64,000 nucleotides of DNA, from assembly GCA_963754315.1 (NCBI GenBank), contig CAVWFS010000011.1, positions 192,001-256,000 of the forward strand, read 5' to 3'. The DNA comes from an uncultured Candidatus Rokubacteria bacterium. Lineage in GTDB: Bacteria > Methylomirabilota > Methylomirabilia > Rokubacteriales > CSP1-6. Below are positions 20,053 through 31,881 of the stretch, piece after piece. Made by a program: the position numbers and the translations under genes. The notes under the pieces are model-generated. The model did no database searches and was not told the DNA's origin. It saw nothing but the letters and a program-made list of their open reading frames with translations. Every line of letters begins with the position of its first letter. The first letter of the stretch is position 1.

Positions 20053-20665
20053 CGAGAAGGGCGCGCTGCTGGGCTTCGTGCTGTTCGTGGCGGGCGAATT
20101 CACCACCTCGTGGCACCAGGTCAATCCGGCCTGGCTGGCGGCCTTTATCCTGGTCGCGCTGCTGCTCACCGGGCTGGTCAGCAGGAAGGATTTCCAGCAG
20201 AGGATCGGCTGGCCGATGATCTTCTTCCTGCTCAGCCTGGAGGGCCTGAGTCGCTCGATCAGCTACCTGGGGCTCGACACCGCGCTGAGCGTCGCAGTCG
20301 GCGACCGCTTCGACTTCGTCGGCGGCAACCTCGTGTTGTTCATCCCGGTGGCACTGGCCGTGACGGTGGTGCTGCGCTTGGCGCTGCCGATCGCCGCCGG
20401 CATGGTGGTGGCGGCGGTGGTGCTGATGCCGGTGGCCGCGACCCAGAATATTCGCCCCTGGGTGCTGACGTTCCTGGCGGCCATGTTCAGCGACATGTGG
20501 TTCAAACCCTACCAGAGCTCGCAGTACCTGCAACTCGCCTCCAGCGGCTACGCCAAGTACATCCCCGATCCGGGCTTCCGGCGCTACAACCACTTCATGA
20601 ATGCGTCGCGCATCGTGGCGGCTTATGCCTCCGTGCCGTACTGGCAATGGCTGGGGCTGGCATGA
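20053..20665 (+). pseudogene. SLC13/DASS-like membrane transporter C-terminal fragment
   Basis: Multiple TM helices; WFKPYQSSQYL and SVPYWQWLGL match the C-terminus of 43431-45917. Confidence 0.6.
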
Positions 20666-21717
20666 AGCGGGGCGTGCTCGGCTGGCTGGTGGGCATCTTT
20701 ATGCTGGCGGCGATGGTGCTGCTGATCGGCTTCAACCTCACCAAGCTGCGCATCCTGGTGCTGCACAGCGGCGAGCGCAGCAACGGCTGGGACCAGCACA
20801 TCGACGACGGCATCCGCACCGCGCTGGGCCGCAACCGCCGGCGGGTGTCGGTGCATTGGCACTACATGGGCCTGGAGCGCTGTGCGCTCGAGGACGGTCG
20901 GCAAGACGCCGCCGCACAGGCCCGGCGCGCCATCGAGCAGCTTCGGCCGCACGTGGTGCTGGCGGTGGACGACGAGGCGCAGGCCTACGTGGCGCGCTAC
21001 TACGCGGTGCCGGCGGGGTCGGCGCAGGCGGCCGAGCCGTCGACGCGCATCGTCTACGCGGCGATCGACGGCCAGCCGTCCAGCTATGGCTACGACAGCG
21101 CGGCCAACGTCAGCGGCGTGCTCGAGCGGCTGCCGCTGGCGGCCATGCGCGAAACCCTGCTGACGCTGCGCGACGGCCAGCCAGCGCGGCTGGCGGTGAT
21201 CGGCCCGGTCGATCCCACCGGCGTCGCGCAGATGGAGCAGGTGGAGGCCTTTGACTGGGGCCCGCACAGCCTGGTGGCGGCGCAGGCACTGCCCGACTTC
21301 GCCGCCTGGCAGCAGGCCATCTCGCAGCTCGACATCCAGGCCGACGTGCTGATCGTCCTGTCCTTCGGCGGCTTGCCCCAGGGCGGCGGGTCGTCCAGGC
21401 TCATCGCCGTGAAGGAGGTCGCGGGCTGGATCGAAACCCGTGCCAAAGCGCTGCCAATCGGCGTCGACACGGCCTTTGTCGAAGGCGGTGGCGGCCTGGC
21501 CATTGGGCCCTCGCCGAGCGAGATGGGCGAGGTCGCCATGCAGATGAGCCTCGAGTGGCTGCGCGCCGTGGCCAACGGCCGGTCGGCGGCGCCGCCGGCG
21601 GTCGCAGGCAAGCACTACCGCGTGGCGCTGCGCGAGTCGGCGCTGCGTGCCCGCGGCGTGGCGCTGCCCTCGATCTACGTCGAGGCAGCCCGGCTCGACC
21701 GCAACGACTACCCCTGA
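20662..21717 (+). CDS. Periplasmic-binding-protein-like hypothetical protein with N-terminal membrane anchor
   Basis: ATGA coupling to the upstream gene; RILVLHS, P.VVLAVDDEAQ, NVSGVLERLP motifs. Confidence 0.6.
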   Translation: MKRGVLGWLVGIFMLAAMVLLIGFNLTKLRILVLHSGERSNGWDQHIDDGIRTALGRNRRRVSVHWHYMGLERCALEDGRQDAAAQARRAIEQLRPHVVLAVDDEAQAYVARYYAVPAGSAQAAEPSTRIVYAAIDGQPSSYGYDSAANVSGVLERLPLAAMRETLLTLRDGQPARLAVIGPVDPTGVAQMEQVEAFDWGPHSLVAAQALPDFAAWQQAISQLDIQADVLIVLSFGGLPQGGGSSRLIAVKEVAGWIETRAKALPIGVDTAFVEGGGGLAIGPSPSEMGEVAMQMSLEWLRAVANGRSAAPPAVAGKHYRVALRESALRARGVALPSIYVEAARLDRNDYP

Positions 21718-21719
21718 AC

Positions 21720-21816
21720 GCTCGCGGCCGCGGGGTGAGCGCGGCCAGGTTCTCAAGTAGCTCCAGCGGCTCGAACACGAGCTGGCGGGTTCCATCCGCC
21801 CACGCCGTCTTCAGCG

Positions 21817-21823
<7 letters not shown>
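21720..21823 (-). pseudogene. IS91-like (Y2) transposase fragment
   Basis: LKTAWADGTRQLVFEPLELLE.LAALTPRPR. Confidence 0.6.
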
Positions 21824-22935
<1,112 letters not shown>

Positions 22936-22972
22936 GATCCCATCGTAAGAGGTCGGGGCAAGCTTCGCCCGG

Positions 22973-23010
22973 TGAACATGTGTTCATGTATTGGACATAT
23001 GTGCTACCAT
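22973..23010 (+). promoter_or_regulatory. Tandem palindromic operator (TGAACATGTGTTCA, TGGACATATGTGCT) and extended -10 before the SorC-family gene
   Basis: Near-perfect palindrome plus a degenerate copy; TGnTACCAT 6 nt before ATG. Confidence 0.55.
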
Positions 23011-23016
23011 CCGCTC

Positions 23017-23967
23017 ATGATCGACGGCGAGCCCACCGACACCGACCTCCTCGTCCGCGCGAGCCGCCTCTACTACCTCGAGGAGCGGGGGCAGGCGGAG
23101 ATCGCGAGGCTCCTGCGCATCTCCCGCCCCGGCGTGAGCCGGCTCCTCAAGCGAGCGCGGGCGGCGCGGATCGTCGAGATCCGCGTGCGCGAGGCCGTGG
23201 GTGAAGACTGGAGGGGTCTCGAGCGACGGCTGGGCGTCAGGGAGCTGCACGTCGCGCCGGAAGCCGGGATCGAGGCCGTCGGCGGTCTCGGCGCTCGATA
23301 CCTGGAGCGCACGGTGCGGCGCGGCGACGTGATCGGGCTCACCGCCGGCACGACGCTCTCGGCGCTCGTGCAGTCCGTGAAGCCGCCGCGGCCCCTCGAC
23401 CTCGAGATCGTCCCGCTCGTCGGCGCGCTCTGGGACACCGGCGAGGACTTCGACGGCTCGTTCCTGTGCCAGGAGCTGCGCCGCCGCACGGGTGGGACGC
23501 ACCGGGTGCTGAGCGCGCCGGCCGTGGTCCGCGACGAGCGGGTGATGCGCTCGCTCCGGCTCGAGCCGAGGGTGCAGAGCGTGGTCGAGCGGTACGGCGC
23601 GGTGCGCTGCGCGTTCCTCGGCATCGGAGTGGTCTCCGCATCCCACCCGGTCGCCGTCGCGGTGAGAACGGCGGCGATCGGACGCGCCGGCGCGCGGCCG
23701 ACCAGGATCCTGCCGCGCGGCGCGGTCGCGAGCGTCGGCTGCCTCTTCTTCGACGCCGATGGGCGCCCGTGCCCCTCCGCGCTCGACCGCCGCACGATCG
23801 GCATCGCCCACGACCAGCTCAAGGCGGTGCCGCTTCGCGTGGGGCTCGCGGCGGGAGCGAAGAAGCTCGACGCGACCCTGGCCCTCGTCCGAGGCCGGGT
23901 GCTCGACGTCCTGATCGTCGACACGCCCCTCGCGCGGGGCCTGCTGGCGGCCACGAGCGAGAAATGA
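23017..23967 (+). CDS. SorC/LsrR-family sugar-binding transcriptional regulator
   Basis: LYY.E..GQAEIA..L.ISRP.VSRLLKRAR...IVEI HTH; G.TL, AGAKK..A...L...LDVLIVD sugar-binding domain. Confidence 0.85.
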   Translation: MIDGEPTDTDLLVRASRLYYLEERGQAEIARLLRISRPGVSRLLKRARAARIVEIRVREAVGEDWRGLERRLGVRELHVAPEAGIEAVGGLGARYLERTVRRGDVIGLTAGTTLSALVQSVKPPRPLDLEIVPLVGALWDTGEDFDGSFLCQELRRRTGGTHRVLSAPAVVRDERVMRSLRLEPRVQSVVERYGAVRCAFLGIGVVSASHPVAVAVRTAAIGRAGARPTRILPRGAVASVGCLFFDADGRPCPSALDRRTIGIAHDQLKAVPLRVGLAAGAKKLDATLALVRGRVLDVLIVDTPLARGLLAATSEK

Positions 23968-25233
23968 CGGCCATGCTCGGAGAGCTCTTTCAGTGGGCGC
24001 CCGGCCGTGAGGGCTACTACGGCGACTTCGGCGGCGCGTTCGTGCCCGAGATCCTCCACGAGACTCTCGCGGAGCTGCGCGCGGCCTTCGACGACGCGCG
24101 GCGCGATCCGGGCTTCTGGAAGTCCAGTACGTCGAGGTGATGTCGACCTACTCGAGCCGTCCCACGCCGGTGACGTACTGCGAGAACCTCACGCGGAGGC
24201 TCGGCGGCGCGCGCATCTACGTCAAGCGTGAGGACCTGAATCATACCGGCGCCCACAAGGCCAACAACGTCATGGGCCAGGGCCTGCTCGTGAAGCGCAT
24301 GGGCAAGCGGCGGGTGATCGCCGAGACCGGCGCCGGGCAGCACGGCGTGGCCACCGCGACGATGGCGGCGCGGCTCGGCCTGCGCGTGCACGATCTACAT
24401 GGGCGAGGAGGACATCGCCCGCCAGCGGCCGAACGTCTTCTGGATGGAGCAGCTCGGGGCCGAGGTGGTCGCGGTCACCGACGGCACGCGGACGCTGAAG
24501 GACGCGATCAACGCGTGCCTGCGCGACTGGGCCGACTCGATGGCCGACACGCACTACGTGCTGGGCACGGTGTGCGGGCCGCATCCGTTCCCGCAGATGG
24601 TGATGTACTTCCAGTCGATCATCGGCCAGGAGGCGCGCGGGCAGATGCTCGCCGCGACCGGCGGGCTTCCGCGCCGGGTGTACGCGTGCGTGGGCGGCGG
24701 CTCGAACGCGTCCGGCATCTTCGCGGGATTCCTCGACGACCGCTCGGTCGAGCTCGTCGGCGTGGAAGCCGGCGGCCACGGGATCGACACCGGCAAGCAC
24801 ACCGCGCGCCTCGCCGGCGGCAAGGGCCGACCGGGCGTCGCTCAGGGCTACAAGACCGTCTTCCTCCAGAGCGAGGAAGGCCTCATGCACGACACGCACT
24901 CGGTGGCGGCGGGCCTCGACTACATCGGCGTCGGCCCGATCCTCGCCCACCTGCACCAGCAGGGGCCGAGTCCGCTTCGAGGCGGCGACCGACGCGGAGG
25001 TCGTCGAGGCGCTGCGCCTCACGATTCGGAGCGAGGGGCTCATCCCGGCGCTCGAGAGCGCCCACGCGTTCGTCACGGCGTTCAAGGAGGCGCCGAGCCT
25101 CGCCAGCGGCGACGTGGTTCTCGTCAATCAGTCCGGCCGCGGCGACAAGGACATCTTCACCGTCGCCGACGCGCTCGGCGACGAAAGCTGGAAGGAGTTC
25201 ATCCGCCGGAAGGCCGCGAGCTACGGACGATGA
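23964..25233 (+). CDS. trpB: Tryptophan synthase beta chain (three apparent frameshifts)
   Basis: [24 protein letters not shown] (PLP Lys), [31 protein letters not shown]. Confidence 0.9.
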
Positions 25234-26026
25234 GCGGCGCTCGAACGGCTCCGACTCGAGCGCCACGTGCGCGAGCGGCTCGACGCGGAAGCCGCTCCTC
25301 CTCATGGCGCACGTGGTGGTCGGCTATCCGTCCCTCGACGCCAACTGGGCGATGCTGGAGGCGATGGACGACGCGGGAGTGGACCTGGTCGAGCTGCAGC
25401 TGCCGTTCACCGAGCCCATCGCCGACGGCCCGTCCTTCGTGAAGGCGAATCACGAAGCGATCCAGGGGGGCACCCCGTGGCGTGCCTACTTCGAGCTCGC
25501 CACGCGCGCCACCTCGCGATTCGGCTTCCCGATCCTGTTCATGGGCTACTACAACAGCGTCTTCCGCATGGGCGCCGAGCGCTTCTGCGCGAAGCTGGCC
25601 GAGGCGGGCATGCGAGGGTTCATCCTCGCGGACCTGCCGCCGGAGGAGGCGACCGAGCTCAACCTGATGGCCCGCGCGGGCACGCTCGATCCCATCTTGA
25701 TCATGACCCCGACGAACTCGCCGGCGCGCCTGGCCGAGATCGCCGGACAGGCGTCGGGCTTCGTCTACTGCACCGCGCGCAAGGGCGTGACCGGGAGGAG
25801 GACCGACCTCTCGCAGGGCGTGAAAGGGTTCCTGGCACGATGTCGGGCGGCGACGTCGCTGCCGCTCGGGCTCGGGTTCGGCATCAAGACGGCCGGCGAC
25901 GTGCGAGAGCTACGCGGCCTGGCCGACATCGCGATCGTCGGCACCGCGTGTCTCGAGGCGTGGGAGGCGGGCGGTGCGAGTGGCTACCGGCAGTTCGTGA
26001 AGACGCTCGCGGCCGAGACCCGCTGA
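25230..26026 (+). CDS. trpA: Tryptophan synthase alpha chain (frameshift near the N-terminus)
   Basis: [17 protein letters not shown] (catalytic Glu/Asp), MGYYN, GFVY...RKGVTG, GFGI. Confidence 0.9.
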
Positions 26027-26034
26027 GGGGCTGG

Positions 26035-26796
26035 TCACAGGGCGAGATTTCTCGGATAGGTCGCCTTGGCCGAATCGGCGCGCCGGAGGTCGATCTCGAC
26101 CGTCTCGAACGGGCGGCCGGCCGTCGTCTCGGCGAGGAGCTCACCCTCGGGCGAGATGATCCAGCTCTGACCGCAGAAGTCGTCGCGATCGTAGGAGAGC
26201 CGGTTCGCCGACGCCACGAAGCATCCCGAGACGATCGCCATCAACGACGCGGCCGCCATCCATCGCCGGTGGCCGCCGGTCGCGCGAGGTGCCGCGAGCA
26301 ATTGCGCGCCGCTCCGCCCGATCCGCCACGAGAGATCGGTGAAGAGCATCTCCGTGCACATCTGGAAGCCGACCCGCGCGGATCGAAGCCGGAGCGGCGA
26401 GGGGTCGAGCTCTCCCTGATCGAACCAGGCCGCTTCCCGGCCGTCGGGCTCGTCCGGCAGATAGACCTTGCTGCGGCCGCCCTGGTAGCCGCCGTCCCTC
26501 GATCCACGAAAGCCCTGGTTGAGCCGGCGGCCGCCGATCTCGACCGGCCGAGACGCGAGCACGACGTCGACCCGCAGCTCGACGAGCCTCGAGATCATCG
26601 CGCCGTGGTCGGCGAGCGCCCGTTTCCAGACCACCGGATCCAGGTCCGGGCTCGTGAAGACCGTCCAGTCGACGAACGGCATCTCGGGAAGGGCGAGGAC
26701 GTCGGTCGGGTGGTCCTCGAGATAGCGAGCGAGCTGTTGCAACGCCGCGTCTCGCCTGACGCGTTCGTCCGGCAGCTCGCACACGGTTACCCGCAC
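26035..26796 (-). CDS. Carbon-nitrogen hydrolase (nitrilase superfamily)
   Basis: E-K-C triad: LPEMPF, SKVYLP, MCTEMLF; G.S.IISPEGE. Confidence 0.85.
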   Translation of the reverse strand: MRVTVCELPDERVRRDAALQQLARYLEDHPTDVLALPEMPFVDWTVFTSPDLDPVVWKRALADHGAMISRLVELRVDVVLASRPVEIGGRRLNQGFRGSRDGGYQGGRSKVYLPDEPDGREAAWFDQGELDPSPLRLRSARVGFQMCTEMLFTDLSWRIGRSGAQLLAAPRATGGHRRWMAAASLMAIVSGCFVASANRLSYDRDDFCGQSWIISPEGELLAETTAGRPFETVEIDLRRADSAKATYPRNLAL

Positions 26797-27225
26797 GTCG
26801 CGTCCTCGCGCAACGCCAGACGCCGCCAGCCGAGGACGACGGCGCTCGCCGCCAGGACGACGCTGGCCAGCAGGAGTCCCTCCGAGTAGCCGCCGCCCGT
26901 CGTGACCAACAGGCTGACGACCATGGGGCCGCCGATCTGCCCGACCGCGGCGCCGAGGTCATCGCCGCCATGAGCCCGTCGCGTCCGAACCGGCCACCGC
27001 CCGCGCCTCCTGCAAGCCCGCCATGGTGTTCACCATGAAGGTACCGCCGACACCCACGGCGGCGAGGAGGATTCCCGCGATGCCCGGGACGACGACCAGC
27101 AGCGCGACAGCGGACGCCATCACGAGGTGGCTCAGCATCCAGAGACGGCGGTTGCCTCCGATTCCAGCGGCGAGCGCCGCCAAGCACGTCGACGCTGCGG
27201 CGGCAGCTCCGAACACCGGCTTCGC
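26793..27225 (-). pseudogene. YbfB/YjiJ-like MFS transporter C-terminal fragment
   Basis: FG.AAAAST, GGTFM..TM.GLQEAR, GQIGGP motifs; N-terminus absent. Confidence 0.6.
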
Positions 27226-27567
27226 CTAGAGAGGGGAGCTGACCAGCGCGGGCAGGACGAACTGGTTGATTGCCTGCGTCGCCGCCGAGGGCAACGACAG
27301 GTGGCGACGGCAGGCCTTTGCTCCGTCCTTTGATCGCGTGCCTGTCGGGCTTCGTGGATGATCATTTTCCGTAGGCGGGCGTTGCGTCACTGGTCGATGG
27401 CACGCGAGAGTTTGCTCTCGCTTCATGCGGGTGGAGGTGCGCGTTAGAATGGTCATGTACGTGGGAATCTTCCGACTCAACTTCGTGCCATTGCTGCCGG
27501 CTTGCTCAGTGGCTACCGCGCGCAGGCTGCGCTTGCGTGGTTTGCGTAGGACCGGGACAGCCGGCTG

Positions 27568-28533
27568 ATGACGCGGCCCGCGGCGAGTTATCGGGTGGCC
27601 TCCTTGCTTCCGTCGGCGACCGAGATCGTCTGTGCCGTAGGCGCGGGGGAGGAGCTCGTGGGGATCTCCCACGAGTGCGACTTTCCCGACCGCGTGCGCC
27701 ATCTTCCGGCTCTGACCCGCGCGCGGCTGCGACCAGTGAGGAGCAGCCGTGAGATCGATCGAGAGGTGCGTTCGGTGCTCCAGCAGGCCCTCGCTGTCTA
27801 CGAGATCGACCTGGTGCGGCTGGAGGAAGTCCAACCTGACGTAATCGTCACCCAGGATCTCTGTGACGTGTGCGCAGTCTCGTTCGACGATGTTTGCGCC
27901 GCGGCGGCCGCGCTTGTGCACCACCCGATTCGCATTGTCAATTTGCACCCGAACCGCCTCGACGACATCTGGGCTGATGTCATTCGTGTTGCTGAGGCGC
28001 TCGGGCGAGCCGACGAGAGCGCCCGCGTCGTGACAGTTCTGCAGGCGCGCACCGCCGAGATCACACGACGGAGTCTCGTCTGCCCTCAGAAGCCTCGCGT
28101 TGTATCGATCGAATGGCTGGACCCTGTGATGCTTGGCGGGATGTGGATGCCTGAGCTGGTCGAGAGGGCGGGAGGCATCCCTTTGGTTACGCGACCAGGC
28201 GATCACGCGCCAACCTTGACGAGGGAGGAGCTGCACGCGCTCGCTCCCGACGTCGTGCTGATCAAGCCGTGCGGCTTTCCGCTCGAACGGACCATCGAGG
28301 AGCTCTCGTTGCTGCGCACAGCGCTGCCCTGGGAGACCTGGCGTGCCACGCAAGAGGGACGCGTCTACGTCGCTGACGGAAACGCTTACTTCAATAGGCC
28401 AGGCCCGCGTATCGTCGAGTCGCTGGAGATTCTGGCGGCGTGCGTGCACCCGGAAGCGTTCGGGGACTTTCGCGGCAAGCACCGAGAGTCCGTGATTCGA
28501 CTGAGCGCGGACGTGACCCCGCACGTGTTCTGA
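27568..28533 (+). CDS. Cobalamin/Fe-siderophore-type periplasmic binding protein (BtuF-like)
   Basis: [46 protein letters not shown]. Confidence 0.85.
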   Translation: MTRPAASYRVASLLPSATEIVCAVGAGEELVGISHECDFPDRVRHLPALTRARLRPVRSSREIDREVRSVLQQALAVYEIDLVRLEEVQPDVIVTQDLCDVCAVSFDDVCAAAAALVHHPIRIVNLHPNRLDDIWADVIRVAEALGRADESARVVTVLQARTAEITRRSLVCPQKPRVVSIEWLDPVMLGGMWMPELVERAGGIPLVTRPGDHAPTLTREELHALAPDVVLIKPCGFPLERTIEELSLLRTALPWETWRATQEGRVYVADGNAYFNRPGPRIVESLEILAACVHPEAFGDFRGKHRESVIRLSADVTPHVF

Positions 28534-28660
28534 GCTTTCGATCCGCATCCGCACGGTCTGGGCAGCCTCGACCATGGCTCTGAGGGCGGGAATCACCTCG
28601 CCCCATGTTCGGGTCTTGAGACCGCAGTCAGGATTCACCCAGAGCTGCGCAGCCGGGAGG
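28530..28660 (-). pseudogene. metE: MetE (B12-independent methionine synthase) extreme C-terminal fragment
   Basis: [21 protein letters not shown] signature. Confidence 0.75.
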
Positions 28661-29321
28661 CCATGTGGGCGCTCTCGTCGCGGAACACCCAGCTCGTGCC
28701 GGCGGCCAACCCGTGCAAGAGGCCGCGGGAGCGCAAGAAGTAGACGTAGGCAAAGGCGCCGAAAAAGAATAGCCCCTCGACGCACGTGGCGAAGCAGATC
28801 AGGTTGAGCAGGAACTGGCGCCGCTGCGCTCGCGTGTCGAGCCGCTCGAGGGCCTGAATGGAGTTCAGCCAGCGCAGGCAGAAGTCGGCCTTCCGGCGAA
28901 TGGAGGGAATGTTCTCCACGGCCGCGAATGCGCGGTGACGTTCCTCGGGGTCGGCAACGTACGTGTCGAGGAGAGTCAAGTAGAACTGCACGTGGAGCGC
29001 CTCCTCGTAGAGCTGGCGCGACAGGTACATGCGCGCCTCGGGGGCGTTGAGGTGCCGGTAGAGATTAAGGACCAGATTGTTGGCCACGATGGAGTCGCCG
29101 GTCGCGAAGAAGGCCACCAGCCGCTGGACGAGGTGGCGCTCGGCGTCCGACATCTTGGCCTGCAGATCGCCCACGTCTGTGGCGAAATCGACCTCTTCCA
29201 CGGTCCACGTGTTCTTGATGGCGGCCCTATACATCTCGAAGAAGGCGGGATAGGCCATGGGCCGCAGCGTCAGGCACAGGCCTGGGTCGAGCAAGCGGGC
29301 GGGCCGGGCGACGTGGCTCAC
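28660..29321 (-). pseudogene. nrdB: Class Ia ribonucleotide reductase beta subunit, C-terminally truncated
   Basis: WTVEEVDF, FFATGDSIV, EEALH..FY, EGLFFF, RDESAH. Confidence 0.85.
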
Positions 29322-29590
29322 TGGCAGGCCTCGCAGGACTCGGGATTCTCGAGCGAGCAGGCGACGGCGGCCGCGTCCGGCGTCAGCACCGGCGCCGTGG
29401 GTGCCGAGGCCTCTACTGTGGCTTTGGAGATCCGTGTGGCTGGTCGCGAGCGCAGGTAGTACGTGGTCTTGAGTCGCTTCTTCCAGGCGTAGAAGTACAT
29501 GCTCGAGAGCTGGCCGATAGTGGGATTCTCGACGAAAAGGTTCAGCGACTGGCTTTGGTCAATGAAGGCACCCCGATCGGCTGCCACACG
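29318..29590 (-). pseudogene. nrdA: Class Ia ribonucleotide reductase alpha subunit, C-terminal fragment
   Basis: IDQSQSLNLF, LKTTYYLRS, terminal CEACQ. Confidence 0.85.
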
Positions 29591-29729
29591 ACGCTGGCGG
29601 AGTTCGTCCTCTTCACGCTCGGCAGTGTCCCCAAGCCAGGGGCCATGCGTGGACCGTGGCCGACATAAACGGGCCGCGCATCGAGAGGTCTAAGTCTTGC
29701 TCGGAAAGGCCTCCTGACCCATTGACCAC

Positions 29730-29765
29730 TTGACAGTATTGCTACATAAGAGTAGAAACCATTAC
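29730..29765 (+). promoter_or_regulatory. Sigma70-type promoter TTGACA-17-TAGAAA with overlapping GTA...TAC palindromes (putative ChrB operator)
   Basis: Consensus -35 with 17-bp spacer; ATG 7 nt after the -10. Confidence 0.6.
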
Positions 29766-30728
29766 ATGACAGGGGGTAGCCCCAACTGGCTGGAGCTGGT
29801 CATCAGCCTTCCCACGGAGAACGCCACGGAGCGGATGCGCGTGTGGCGGGCCCTGAAAACGACGGGGGCCGTGGTGCTCCGCGACGGCGTCTACGTGATT
29901 CCGGACCGCCCCAACCTGGAAGAGGTTCTGGCGCGACTGGCCGCCGAGATCGACGCAGCCGGCGGCAGCGCCCACGTGCTCCGGATCGTGGCGCGCGATG
30001 CGGAGCAGGCAGACGCGCTGCGCGGCTTGTTCGATCGGACCAAGGAATACGCCGACCTTGCCGGTGAGATCGCGAACGCCCGCAAGGTTGCATCGACGCA
30101 GGACCCGGCCGCTCTTCGCCGGCAGATGAGGACGCTTCGGCGACAGTTCGAGGCGCTCGCCGCCATCGACTTTTTCCCCGGCGAAGCCAAGGTTCAGGTG
30201 GAATCGGCGCTCAACGAGGCCGAGGCGGCTGCGGAGGAGATCCTGGAACCCGGCGAGCCCCGCGCCGCGCAGGGCCCGATTCCACGGCTGGACCGGGCCC
30301 GGTACCGCAACCGCGTGTGGGCGACGCGCAGGGCCCCGTGGGTGGACCGCCTCGCTTGCGCCTGGCTCATCAAGCGGCACATCGACCCTGGGGCGTCGTT
30401 CGTCTGGCTCGAGAAGCCGGCGGACCTGCCGAAGCGGGCAGTGGGGTTCGACTTCGACGGGGCCCCGTTCACGCACGTCGATACGCGCGTGACCTTCGAG
30501 GTGATGCTGAGGAGTTTCGGGCTGGAGGGGGACGCGGCCCTCCTGAAACTGGCCGAGGCGGTGCACTATCTCGACGTGGGTGGACTCCCGGTGAGCGACG
30601 CCCCGGGCCTGGGGACGCTGCTGGCTGGCGCTCGGCAGCGGAGCCGAGACGACGACCACCTCCTCAAGCAAGCCATCACTCTCTTCGATCTGGTCTATAC
30701 GGCGTACGCCGAGGGCGAGTCCCGATGA
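29766..30728 (+). CDS. chrB: Chromate-sensing regulator ChrB
   Basis: RMRVWRALK..GA..LRDGVY, IDFFPG, WATR..PWVDRLACAWLI.R.ID, FDFDGA.FTH. Confidence 0.9.
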   Translation: MTGGSPNWLELVISLPTENATERMRVWRALKTTGAVVLRDGVYVIPDRPNLEEVLARLAAEIDAAGGSAHVLRIVARDAEQADALRGLFDRTKEYADLAGEIANARKVASTQDPAALRRQMRTLRRQFEALAAIDFFPGEAKVQVESALNEAEAAAEEILEPGEPRAAQGPIPRLDRARYRNRVWATRRAPWVDRLACAWLIKRHIDPGASFVWLEKPADLPKRAVGFDFDGAPFTHVDTRVTFEVMLRSFGLEGDAALLKLAEAVHYLDVGGLPVSDAPGLGTLLAGARQRSRDDDHLLKQAITLFDLVYTAYAEGESR

Positions 30729-31870
30729 TGCTGCGGGAGGCATCGATGAAGACACCGGGGCGTCCGAGCACCGCCGATCTGCTGCGCTATTTCCTGTACC
30801 TGGGCAGCCTTGGGTTCGGCGGCCCGGTGGCCCTGGTGGGCTACATGCAGCGCGATCTGGTGGAGCGGCGCGGGTGGTTCACCAAGGACGAGTACACGAA
30901 GTCCCTCGCCCTGTCCCAGCTCGCCCCTGGCCCGCTGGCGGCCCAGCTCGCGATCTGCCTCGGATACGTGCACTCGAAGGTGCGGGGCGCGACCTTGGTC
31001 GCGCTGGCCTTTATCTTGCCATCGTTCGTGATGACCCTCGCCATCAGCTGGCTCTACGTGCGCTTCGGCGGGCTGGCCTGGATGCAGGCGGCGTTCTACG
31101 GCGTCGGGGCGACGGTCATTGGCATCATCACCATCGCCGCCTACAAGCTCGCCAAGCTGACGATGGCGAAGGACCGCCTGCAGTGGACGATCTTCGCCGT
31201 CATGGCGGTGACGACGGCGTGGACCGAATCGGAGATCGGCTGGCTGTTCATCCTGTGCGGGGTGGTGGCCCTGGTCGCGCAGGCGCCGCCGGCGTTCCTG
31301 CGTCGGCCCCGCGCGGCATGCCTGGCGGTGGTTGTCACCCCCGAGATCCTCGGCCAGATCCTGTGGTTTTTCACGAAGGCGGGGGCCTTCGTGTTCGGGA
31401 GCGGGCTGGCCATCGTGCCCTTTCTCTACGGCGGGGTGGTGCAGCAGTACGGCTGGCTGAACGACAAGCAGTTTCTGGACGCGGTGGCGGTGGCCATGCT
31501 GACCCCGGGGCCGATTGTCATCACCGTGGCCTTCGTCGGCTACCTGGTGGCGAGCTTCCCGGGGGCGGTGGCGGCGGCGATCGGCGTGTTCCTGCCCGTG
31601 TATCTGTTTGTCGTGATTCCGTTTCCGTGGTTTGACCGATTCAGCGAGAACCCGAAGGTGAAGGCCTTCGTGGGCGGCGTCACCGCCGCCGCCTCGGGAG
31701 CCATCGCGGGGGCGTGCTACGTGCTGGCGCGACGGGCGATCACCGACCTCCCCACCGTGCTCATCGCCGTGGTCGCCCTCGGGATCGTGTGGCGGTTCAA
31801 AGTGCCGGAGCCGGTGCTCATCGCCGCCGGCGCCGCCGTGGGCCTGTTGATCTTCTCGATCAGAGGATAG
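30725..31870 (+). CDS. chrA: Chromate efflux transporter ChrA
   Basis: GFGGP, LAPGP, FGSG, TPGP motifs in two homologous halves. Confidence 0.9.
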   Translation: MMLREASMKTPGRPSTADLLRYFLYLGSLGFGGPVALVGYMQRDLVERRGWFTKDEYTKSLALSQLAPGPLAAQLAICLGYVHSKVRGATLVALAFILPSFVMTLAISWLYVRFGGLAWMQAAFYGVGATVIGIITIAAYKLAKLTMAKDRLQWTIFAVMAVTTAWTESEIGWLFILCGVVALVAQAPPAFLRRPRAACLAVVVTPEILGQILWFFTKAGAFVFGSGLAIVPFLYGGVVQQYGWLNDKQFLDAVAVAMLTPGPIVITVAFVGYLVASFPGAVAAAIGVFLPVYLFVVIPFPWFDRFSENPKVKAFVGGVTAAASGAIAGACYVLARRAITDLPTVLIAVVALGIVWRFKVPEPVLIAAGAAVGLLIFSIRG

Positions 31871-31881
31871 GAGGAAAACGT

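Noticed and set aside
27330..27567. Cobalamin riboswitch upstream of the BtuF-like gene
   Set aside because: No convincing B12-box or conserved core recognisable by eye; a covariance-model scan would be needed.
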